This document shows positions 18,420 through 25,658 of a stretch of 64,000 bases of DNA, one piece after another; within the stretch, counting starts at the first letter, position 1; each line of letters starts with the position of its first letter. The stretch is taken from positions 1,440,001 through 1,504,000 of the forward strand of contig OY969554.1 of NCBI GenBank assembly GCA_963700985.1, given 5' to 3'. The notes below the pieces were generated by a model. It was not told where the DNA came from, did not search any database, and worked only from the letters and a program-made list of their open reading frames with translations. This DNA comes from an uncultured Chlamydiales bacterium. Lineage in GTDB: Bacteria > Chlamydiota > Chlamydiia > Chlamydiales > Rhabdochlamydiaceae. Position numbers and translations under genes: made by a program.

Positions 18420-19829
18420 GTGGTAGCCTGGCGCATAAAAATCCAGGTGCGTTCCATGCTATATTCTAGGATCTTTGCATACGTATTACTTCTGCTTACC
18501 ATACCATCCATCGCTCTTTATCCTCAGGCGAATGTTCCGATAATCACTTCTCAGATGCATAAGACAAAAGAGGCACAGACACCTTTCCAAAATGATCAGC
18601 CACCCTCTTATGATGATGTTTTACAACTCATTGATGATCTCGAAACTGGAGAATTGGAAAAGAGATGCTGCCAAGGAGATTTGGAAAAAATTAACCATTT
18701 TTTTGCCAATTTAGCCAGACAAGGGATTCTTCCCAATGAAGTCGAAGAAGAGTTTGTCTTAGAAAATGACATTTACGAACTGCTACATGGCGACGACAAC
18801 TCTAACGAATACTCATTTGCATTTGACACTTCGAATGATTTCGTCATTGTCCCAGCAATCGTTTCGGGCCCAAGCGAAATTATCCTCTGCAAGAGCTGGA
18901 TCAAGAAGAAGTGGGAACACGTCAAAAAATTTGTCAAAAAGCATAAGAAAGCAATCATCATTGGAGCTGCTGTTGTCGTAGCCGCCGCCGTAGTCGTTAC
19001 TGCCGTCGTCGCTATCTCCGCCGCAAGCGCCGCCGCAGCCGGAGCTGCTGCATCCGATAAAAAAGAAAAGGGTAAATCCCCGCCTCCTGAACCCGTCGAA
19101 ACTCCCGTTTTACAAACAGTCATCGACGACCAGATCTCTTCATTCAAAGAGCAAGTCGTAGAACAAGATCTCTTGCCAGACGCCGCAAGTGACGATGAAT
19201 CTCTCATCGACAAAGCAAGAACCCTCGGCGCACTTTTAGCTCACGAAGCTTTTGAAGGAATCACTGAACTCGCTTCAGTTATTCCTCAGCTAAACGAAGA
19301 GATCAAAGAGATCAGCGCCCGCGTTCTTCCAGAAGGCTTGCTCCAACAAAATGCTTCTAGCCCCTTGGAAAACTACGAAAGCGCAAGAGCTGCTGGTCAC
19401 GAAAAAATCGACCAAGCCTTCGCCTCCGACCAAGCTATCCTCTACAGCCAAGAAGTAAAAGACTCTGATGACTTTGTAGTTGGGATACTCCCTCCTCCTG
19501 CCCTACTCGGAGAAGCCTTTGCAAATAACAAATTATTGGAGGCGGGAAAAGCTTCAGATAGGGGAGGATTAACTAAAGCTGGAAGAGCTTTAGCAAAACA
19601 TGGGAGTAGAGAAAATACTGTTTTCCCACCACCTATTGGAAATCCAGCGGAAATAAATGAACATGGTCAACAAGTGTTAGAAAAAATCTTAAATCATCCT
19701 GAAAGAAAAATCATTCGTTCGAACTCACAAAATTTTGGGGAAGTTGTAGATGTTCATGCACCAGGAATTGGGGGCGTAAGGTTCAATTCTTCAGGTGAAA
19801 TGATTGGTTTTTTGGAGCCTAAACAATGA
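18420..19829 (+). CDS. Putative polymorphic toxin: signal-like N-terminus, Ala/Val-rich TM segment, C-terminal Rhs/CdiA-type toxin-like domain
   Basis: C-terminus DRGGLTKAGRALAKHGSR..FP..GNPAEINEHGQQVLEKILNHP..FGEVVDV..GVRF..GFLEP; followed by small overlapping genes. Alternative ATG start at 18456. Confidence 0.7.
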   Translation: MVAWRIKIQVRSMLYSRIFAYVLLLLTIPSIALYPQANVPIITSQMHKTKEAQTPFQNDQPPSYDDVLQLIDDLETGELEKRCCQGDLEKINHFFANLARQGILPNEVEEEFVLENDIYELLHGDDNSNEYSFAFDTSNDFVIVPAIVSGPSEIILCKSWIKKKWEHVKKFVKKHKKAIIIGAAVVVAAAVVVTAVVAISAASAAAAGAAASDKKEKGKSPPPEPVETPVLQTVIDDQISSFKEQVVEQDLLPDAASDDESLIDKARTLGALLAHEAFEGITELASVIPQLNEEIKEISARVLPEGLLQQNASSPLENYESARAAGHEKIDQAFASDQAILYSQEVKDSDDFVVGILPPPALLGEAFANNKLLEAGKASDRGGLTKAGRALAKHGSRENTVFPPPIGNPAEINEHGQQVLEKILNHPERKIIRSNSQNFGEVVDVHAPGIGGVRFNSSGEMIGFLEPKQ

Positions 19830-20254
19830 GTAAGTTTGACATAGATATTGTAAATTATTTTGACAGAGAAGAATTAGTAGCAGAAATTTGTTTTGATAGA
19901 AACCAGTGGGCAGAAATTTCTCCTAATAAGGGAAAAATGTTAGTGCGGTTTTATGCTCATCCAAACAAGAAATGCTGGGAGTTTTCTTACGAAGAAGCAA
20001 TAAAAGCTCTTGAACGAGCAAAGGACAGGCTTCTTAAAAAATCTTCTCAGACAAATTCCCTTTTCCCTGAACCACCTGCTGATGTTGAGCAAACAAATAA
20101 GTTAGGGCAGGAAATTTTAGAGCAAATCCTTTCGCACCCGCAAGCTACGTCATATCTGAATAGATTTGGCGGAAAAGATATATTCGAACCTTCCGGTAGA
20201 GGAGCAAGATTTGATGGAAAAGAAAATTTTTTGGGATTCTTACAACTGCGATGA
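19826..20254 (+). CDS. Putative immunity protein fused to a partial copy of the toxin C-terminal domain
   Basis: ATGA overlap with the toxin stop; first about 70 aa resemble 20282..20512; last about 65 aa resemble the toxin C-terminus. Confidence 0.7.
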   Translation: MSKFDIDIVNYFDREELVAEICFDRNQWAEISPNKGKMLVRFYAHPNKKCWEFSYEEAIKALERAKDRLLKKSSQTNSLFPEPPADVEQTNKLGQEILEQILSHPQATSYLNRFGGKDIFEPSGRGARFDGKENFLGFLQLR

Positions 20255-20281
20255 GCTAGGGCAATAACCGGGGCAATAAAA

Positions 20282-20512
20282 ATGCTGAAAGAGAAAGGAT
20301 TTAACATAATTATATCCAGCGACATACAATATGAAAAATTGTGTGCAGAAATCTATTTTAACATGGAATTTGTTGCGATAATAACACAAGAGCTGGGGAT
20401 TGAAAATCCTGTTATTGAAATCTATCCACCAAAGAATAAGCCTGCCTGGACATTTAATTATTTCGAATTCGCTGAAATTTTAAAAGTTGCCCTAGACCAG
20501 TTGAAACTCTGA
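20282..20512 (+). CDS. Small putative immunity protein
   Basis: EKLCAEIYF..AIITQE..IEIYP..WTFNY.EF.EIL aligns by eye with EELVAEICF..AEISP..VRFYA..WEFSY.EA.KAL of the previous gene. Confidence 0.65.
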   Translation: MLKEKGFNIIISSDIQYEKLCAEIYFNMEFVAIITQELGIENPVIEIYPPKNKPAWTFNYFEFAEILKVALDQLKL

Positions 20513-20539
20513 TTTTTCTTAAAGAAGCATGACATTTAT

Positions 20540-20800
20540 ATGATCGAGATCGAGTTAACTGAAAAAGAACATTCTTATATTTCTCAAACTTCATTTCTGC
20601 CGGAGAATTTTCGAAACTTGCTTTCTCCCAGGAAACATCAAAACGATGTCTATCTATTGGAAATTTCCGAAGAACTTGCAGATGAAATTCGAAATCTATG
20701 CGGGAAACAATTACAAATTGCTGGTTTCAATAAAAAACGCGAACCTACCGAAGAAGGAAAAATCCTCGAATCTCTGATGGATAAATTTTTCTCGTCTTGA
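20540..20800 (+). CDS. Small acidic putative orphan immunity protein
   Basis: 86 aa; ADEIRNLCG.QLQIAGF..EPTEEGKILESLMDKF pattern, recalled from small genes downstream of Rhs-type toxins; assignment is contextual. Confidence 0.55.
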   Translation: MIEIELTEKEHSYISQTSFLPENFRNLLSPRKHQNDVYLLEISEELADEIRNLCGKQLQIAGFNKKREPTEEGKILESLMDKFFSS

Positions 20801-20809
20801 GGATTGAAA

Positions 20810-21088
20810 ATGTCTAACCATGTCCTTAACCAAATTAATAAGCCCCTCTTGAAAGATTGGGATCCGATTGGCATTAAAAACACGGTTGAAGCGGAAGATG
20901 AATACCATCAATACGCGGATGACGTTTACAAGATCATCCAAAACTCCGACTCTTACAATGACCTTTTTGACTACCTATGGGTGATTGAAACCGAGTACAT
21001 GGATCTAAAAGGCGATAGAACCAACACGGAAAAATTCGCCAAAATCCTATTTAGAGAAGTCAAAGACTTACTAAAAACTAATCAATGA
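20810..21088 (+). CDS. Small helical protein with WDPIG..DEY motif (DUF1871-like), putative orphan immunity protein
   Basis: LLKDWDPIGI..AEDEYHQY; last gene of the AT-rich cluster. Confidence 0.55.
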   Translation: MSNHVLNQINKPLLKDWDPIGIKNTVEAEDEYHQYADDVYKIIQNSDSYNDLFDYLWVIETEYMDLKGDRTNTEKFAKILFREVKDLLKTNQ

Positions 21089-21092
21089 CGGC

Positions 21093-21117
21093 AACTGTTC
21101 GGAATTTCCGAATAGTT
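21093..21117. repeat. Inverted repeat after the immunity cluster
   Basis: AACTGTTCGGAA-T-TTCCGAATAGTT. Confidence 0.6.
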
Positions 21118-21315
21118 CAAAAAGACAGATGTACATTCTTGAGATACTGTTTCATTTCCTTGTGACATCGTAAAATCTCACATTTATTTCGAAGAAATGA
21201 AAATTGACTGAGAATAAGCTACGACTTTAACTTGGAAATATCTCGAATTATGAATTCACCGCTAAAGAATCAAGTCACTCCTAACCATCAAGGCTATCTA
21301 CAGATCAATCTGCGG

Positions 21316-21342
21316 CAGTTGTCAAGTGCTCCTTGACAACTG
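21316..21342. repeat. Inverted repeat in intergenic DNA
   Basis: CAGTTGTCAAG-TGCTC-CTTGACAACTG, perfect 11-bp arms. Confidence 0.6.
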
Positions 21343-21468
21343 ATTCTTCGAGCTCTTTTTCAGCTGAAGCCGCTCCAGTCAAAAGTTCTGAATGCGTTTT
21401 ATCCAATTCGTCCACTCCTGGTCCATGTCGTCCATTTTCGTCCATTGCCTACTTTTTCTTCTGACGGC

Positions 21469-21497
21469 TTGACGAAGGGACGCGGGCCGTATATAAA
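21469..21497 (+). promoter_or_regulatory. Sigma70/sigma66-type promoter, probably giving a leaderless mRNA
   Basis: TTGACG-17 nt-TATAAA, 7 nt before ATG 21505; no RBS. Confidence 0.55.
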
Positions 21498-21504
21498 TTA
21501 GCTC

Positions 21505-22341
21505 ATGCGCCTAATCATCACCCTATTTATGTTTGCTGGCGGAGGCTACGGTCTCTGGTGGCTCAACTCAACTCATCCGGAAATCCGCACGCACATTGAA
21601 GAATATATCAATTCGGGTTCGTTTCCGACGCTGGAGGTGCGCTATACGGCGGCCCAGATTATGGAGACGCATCGCCGCGATCTTTTGAAAGATAACCGCC
21701 ACCGCTTTCTGGAGCCTCAACTTAAATTTTATCCTTATCTTATGCTAGAGGTGAAGTATAACCTCTCGGAGAACAAGACGCGTGAAGGCGTCATTCTTTG
21801 GGATCTGCGCGATGGAGAGATGGTGGTTGATACGCGGGCATGGGAGAAAACGCATGGGTTTGGAGACTGCATCAATGCCAGCACTCAGCGTCATGAATTT
21901 AAGATCCTCAATATTTTGGCTAAGAAGGGCGGGTCGATCGACCGCGATGGGTTGTCCAAGGCTCTGCAGGTAGAAAATGATATTTTGGATGGGTGGATCG
22001 ATAGCTGCCGGCGTAAAAAATTGATTGTGCAATCGGGCAATCGCTATCGTCTTCACCTGCAAAACCCTAGGCTGCGCACGATCCCTGAAACTAGATTGGA
22101 TCAGAAGCTGGTCACAATGCCTTATAAAAATGCGGTAAGGCTCTCGAGGCGCTTCTCCTTTTCTCAGATAGAAAAGTTGACTAAATCGGCCTTTGGGCAT
22201 GATTTTGCCATCCGCAAGACCTCCGACGTATTCCTTCCTGTCCATTGCATCACGGTTCAAAATCCTGATGGCTCGATCCATACCAGCCATTGGAATGCTT
22301 TAAATGGCAAGCAACTGGAAAATTCTCATTTTGTTGATTAG
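21505..22341 (+). CDS. Hypothetical protein with N-terminal membrane anchor and possible winged-helix segment
   Basis: 278-aa ORF; hydrophobic N-terminus; EFKILNILAKKGGSIDRDGLSKAL..SCRRKKLIVQSGNRYRL resembles a wHTH. Confidence 0.75.
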   Translation: MRLIITLFMFAGGGYGLWWLNSTHPEIRTHIEEYINSGSFPTLEVRYTAAQIMETHRRDLLKDNRHRFLEPQLKFYPYLMLEVKYNLSENKTREGVILWDLRDGEMVVDTRAWEKTHGFGDCINASTQRHEFKILNILAKKGGSIDRDGLSKALQVENDILDGWIDSCRRKKLIVQSGNRYRLHLQNPRLRTIPETRLDQKLVTMPYKNAVRLSRRFSFSQIEKLTKSAFGHDFAIRKTSDVFLPVHCITVQNPDGSIHTSHWNALNGKQLENSHFVD

Positions 22342-22410
22342 AGATTAGAGGTGTAACTTGCTGAAAAAGAGAACCGCGAGCTACCATCTTCCGCTAGCAT
22401 TAAGACTAAT

Positions 22411-22497
22411 GGAAAGATGGCTGAGTGGCCGAAGGCACGTCCCTGCTAAGGACGCGTACCCGCAAGGGTACCGCGGGTTCAAATCCCGCTCTTTCCG
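22411..22497 (+). tRNA. tRNA-Ser(GCT)
   Basis: Acceptor GGAAAGA/TCTTTCC, D-loop TGAGTGGCCGAA, anticodon arm CGTCC-CTGCTAA-GGACG, long variable arm TACCC-GCAA-GGGTA, T-arm GGTTCAAATCC; CCA not encoded. Confidence 0.97.
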
Positions 22498-22509
22498 ATC
22501 TTACACCCT

Positions 22510-22539
22510 AGCCTTGAATCTTCTTTCAAGGCTTTTTTT
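22510..22539 (+). terminator. Intrinsic terminator after the tRNA
   Basis: AGCCTTGAA..TTCAAGGCT hairpin followed by a T-run. Confidence 0.8.
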
Positions 22540-22560
22540 AACATTTAGCGCGAGAAAGTT

Positions 22561-23991
22561 ATGAAGATTGCCCCGCATTCAAAAGAATCGGAGATGATGG
22601 TGCTCGGCTGTATGCTAACGAGCGTCAACAGCTTAAACATTGCGGCCGATGCGCTGGATGAGGCGGACTTCTACTTTCCTGAGCATCGTGTCATCTTTCA
22701 GGTGATGAAGACGGCATATCGCAACGACCGTCCTGCAGATGTGCACATCGTGTGCGAAGAGCTCAAAAGACTCGATCAATTGAAAACCGCAGGTGGCGTG
22801 AGTTATGTCACCACCCTGGCGCAATATGCTGGGACCTCGGCCTATATCGAAGAGTATGTCGATCTGGTGCGCGATAAAGCAGTTTTGCGGCGCATGATCG
22901 ATGCGGCGCAAGCGGTGGAAAAAACCGCTTTGAACGATCCGGACGATGTGCATAATGCCTTGGATGATGCCCAAGCGCGTTTTTTCACCATTAGCCAGAG
23001 CGCAAATCCTAACGCCGGCATTCACATCCGTGATCTTTTATCAGGCGCAAAAGCTTACTCAAAAACTCCTTATCTCAAAGAGCTGCAAGAGAAACAGGAG
23101 AATTTTCAGAAAAAAGGCGCGGATGAACCAGGCGTCACGGGTATTCCTACGCATTTTATCGATTTAGATAATCTGGTTAACGGCCTTTCTCCTTCAAACT
23201 TAATGATCTTGGCTGCACGTCCAGCCATGGGAAAAACCGCACTTGCGCTGAATATCTCTGAGCAAGTCTGCTTTAAAAACAATCTGCCGGTTGGAATCTT
23301 TTCTTTAGAGATGACAGCTGAACAGCTTCTGCATCGTATGATCTGTTCGCAAGCAGAAGTAGAATCGGACAAGATCAAGAAGGGCGCACTTAACGGATCA
23401 GAATTTCAACGCATTGTGGGCGCTGTAAACGCCATGCAAAAAGCCAACATGATCATCGACGATCAGCCTGGCCTTAGAATCACCGACCTGCGCGCGCGCG
23501 CCAGACGCATGCGCGAAAGTCATGGCATTGCGCTGCTTGTGATCGACTACCTTCAACTGCTCTCGGGTTCAGGTTTTAATCGCTCGGCAGAAAATAGGCA
23601 GAATGAGATCTCGGAGATCTCGCGTATGCTAAAAAATTTAGCCCGTGAATTGAATATTCCGATTCTCTGCTTGTCACAGCTGTCACGTAAAGTTGAAGAG
23701 CGTGCAGGCCACCGACCGATGATGAGCGATCTGCGCGAATCTGGTTCGATTGAGCAGGATGCGGATATTGTGATGTTTCTTCTGAGAAGAGAGTATTACG
23801 ATCCTTATGACAAGCCGGGCACGGCGGAGCTCATCGTGGCCAAAAACCGTCACGGCGCCATTGGAAATGTCAACCTCACCTACCGCAAAGAACTAGCCCA
23901 GTTTGCTAATTATTCAACCGTGCGTACTGGCGGCAGCGGCAAAGAAGATAATGCGGAGGCTTTTGCAGCGTTTTCTCCTCGTGAGGATTAA
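22561..23991 (+). CDS. dnaB: Replicative DNA helicase
   Basis: AARPAMGKT, FSLEM, IDYLQL, LSQLSR, DLRESGSIEQDAD, AKNRHG. Confidence 0.98.
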   Translation: MKIAPHSKESEMMVLGCMLTSVNSLNIAADALDEADFYFPEHRVIFQVMKTAYRNDRPADVHIVCEELKRLDQLKTAGGVSYVTTLAQYAGTSAYIEEYVDLVRDKAVLRRMIDAAQAVEKTALNDPDDVHNALDDAQARFFTISQSANPNAGIHIRDLLSGAKAYSKTPYLKELQEKQENFQKKGADEPGVTGIPTHFIDLDNLVNGLSPSNLMILAARPAMGKTALALNISEQVCFKNNLPVGIFSLEMTAEQLLHRMICSQAEVESDKIKKGALNGSEFQRIVGAVNAMQKANMIIDDQPGLRITDLRARARRMRESHGIALLVIDYLQLLSGSGFNRSAENRQNEISEISRMLKNLARELNIPILCLSQLSRKVEERAGHRPMMSDLRESGSIEQDADIVMFLLRREYYDPYDKPGTAELIVAKNRHGAIGNVNLTYRKELAQFANYSTVRTGGSGKEDNAEAFAAFSPRED

Positions 23992-24731
23992 ATAACGTCT
24001 ACATCACCTTCATCATCACCTTCACCTAAGGGTTCGAGAACTCCACGAAGTTGCGCTGCTAATGCGTGAAAATTTTCAAGATCTATACGGATTTGACGAA
24101 GATAACGTTCTGGATCTAAATTTCCAGCGAATAATCCCGCAAGACGAGCATCATCGTCATCATCTTCTCCGGCTTCAAGACGCGCAGCGCATGCGCGCAG
24201 GTGCGCGGCGTGATTTTCAGCGCGCGCGATCGCGGGAAGTAGCTCTTTGGTCCAAATGCGTGGGGCAAAACTCATCATAAATAAACCAATGTTCATCTCA
24301 AGCACACCCATGCCCATACCTCCAAAAAAAGATACAACAACCCCAACAAGAGGACTTACTGTCATTTCAAGATACATACCAAAAAGCGTAACTGAAGCGA
24401 ACCCAATAGCAAAAACAGCAGCGGCAACCACAAGTAAAGCAGCATAAAAGACGAAACTGGCTGCGCATCCTCCAACCTTAAGAGCGGCAGCTTTAATGTC
24501 TTCCCACATCGCATCTTGGCGAGCAATTGCAGCGGCTTCAAGGCAAGCGGCAGGGTCGAGTTCTCGAACTGTCCACTCGCCCCAGTTAGCTTCTCCTCGA
24601 GCTGGAGAGGTTAAGCCCCAACGCGTAAGAACTTTAGGTGTTTGGGCGACTTGAAATGCATCATCGATGCGTGGGATCCAATACTCGAATGTTCTCTCCA
24701 AGTGTCTTGTAAGGCCAGCTAAACAACCCAT
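23988..24731 (-). CDS. Inc-like membrane protein with bilobed hydrophobic domain
   Basis: About 70-aa hydrophobic Gly/Ala-rich hairpin, then WTKELLP and an acidic tail; paralog of the next gene. Confidence 0.65.
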   Translation of the reverse strand: MGCLAGLTRHLERTFEYWIPRIDDAFQVAQTPKVLTRWGLTSPARGEANWGEWTVRELDPAACLEAAAIARQDAMWEDIKAAALKVGGCAASFVFYAALLVVAAAVFAIGFASVTLFGMYLEMTVSPLVGVVVSFFGGMGMGVLEMNIGLFMMSFAPRIWTKELLPAIARAENHAAHLRACAARLEAGEDDDDDARLAGLFAGNLDPERYLRQIRIDLENFHALAAQLRGVLEPLGEGDDEGDVDVI

Positions 24732-24732
24732 T

Positions 24733-25326
24733 TTATGCTCCTAAATATTCAAGTCGACGTACAGTTTCTGCGAGGTGATTTACATAAGTAAAACCTCTTA
24801 AAATATTGGGAAGAAATTCTTTGGTCCAAAGCAATGCCACCAAAGCAAGGATGGCAGCTACAGCGGTGAACATCTCGTAGGCTAAAGCGGCGCCTAGAGT
24901 TAAAGATGCCACAATTAATACCACAACATTCTCTCCCATAAGTCCATTAAGAAAAGGAAGGATGACTCCAAAAACGCCGATCGTTCCTTCTATCGCCAGG
25001 CTAGCGATGAATAGCACAGCGCCTGCCGTTAAAACTGAAAGGGCAATTGCCCCGATGATCAGGCCCGCAATTTTCCATTTTTCGCAACTTGCATCTTCGC
25101 GCACGTGTGGCACTAAAGCACGGCATTGAGCTGGGATAAGCTTCTGTACATCCACTTCAACACCAACATCATTGTAAATATTTCGAATGCCCCATCCAGG
25201 TTCGCCATTTGCAGGAAAGCGCCAGCCTAGATAAACAGGCTCATCTTGCCTTAAAATAACGGCATCTTGGATCACTTCAGTCCAATATTGAGCAGTTCCA
25301 TCAATGCCTCTTGCAATGCAAGCCAT
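24733..25326 (-). CDS. Inc-like membrane protein with bilobed hydrophobic domain
   Basis: Long hydrophobic hairpin then WTKEFLP..NHL; N-terminus MACIA..YW..I.DA resembles MGCLA..YW..IDDA of its neighbour. Confidence 0.65.
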   Translation of the reverse strand: MACIARGIDGTAQYWTEVIQDAVILRQDEPVYLGWRFPANGEPGWGIRNIYNDVGVEVDVQKLIPAQCRALVPHVREDASCEKWKIAGLIIGAIALSVLTAGAVLFIASLAIEGTIGVFGVILPFLNGLMGENVVVLIVASLTLGAALAYEMFTAVAAILALVALLWTKEFLPNILRGFTYVNHLAETVRRLEYLGA

Positions 25327-25489
25327 AAAATAAAGTCTCTAAATTAGTTAAAATATTGTACCAATTCTACCTGTTTAAAGATATCGTAAAGCCCTGCCCA
25401 TTCAGCAAAAAATTTCTTTGTAAGCTCGCGCCTCTTTACTTTTAATCCGGTGGATCATTAGGATATGGGCAGATTTTGGAGTTAAGTAA

Positions 25490-25576
25490 ATGTCTTCAGT
25501 AAAAAAGAAGCGAAGAGCGAAAATTGCTAAGCATAAGCGTAAGAAAAGACGCCGTCGCGATCGCCACAAAAAGTAG
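25490..25576 (+). CDS. 28-aa basic protein, AURKAIP1/COX24 (bS22/mS38-like) small ribosomal protein family
   Basis: Below the ORF-track cutoff: MSSVKKKRRAKIAKHKRKKRRRRDRHKK*, with GGAG RBS about 8 nt upstream. Confidence 0.85.
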   Translation: MSSVKKKRRAKIAKHKRKKRRRRDRHKK

Positions 25577-25610
25577 TATCTGACTAATTATTTTTTTCAG
25601 GCACTAATAC

Positions 25611-25646
25611 AAAAGAAATACTTTCATAATAGAAAGTATTTCTTTT
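25611..25646 (+). terminator. AT-rich 15-bp inverted repeat between the small ORF and mnmG
   Basis: AAAAGAAATACTTTC-ATAATA-GAAAGTATTTCTTTT followed by a T-run. Confidence 0.55.
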
Positions 25647-25658
25647 ATTTTTTCAAAA

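Noticed and set aside
21120-21310. Additional degraded immunity or toxin gene
   Set aside because: All frames are interrupted and no motif could be recognised by eye.
22411-22497. tRNA as integration site for the nearby islands
   Set aside because: No duplicated tRNA 3' end or integrase was seen in the window.
22358-22564. 68-aa ORF upstream of dnaB
   Set aside because: Spans the tRNA-Ser gene and its terminator; spurious.
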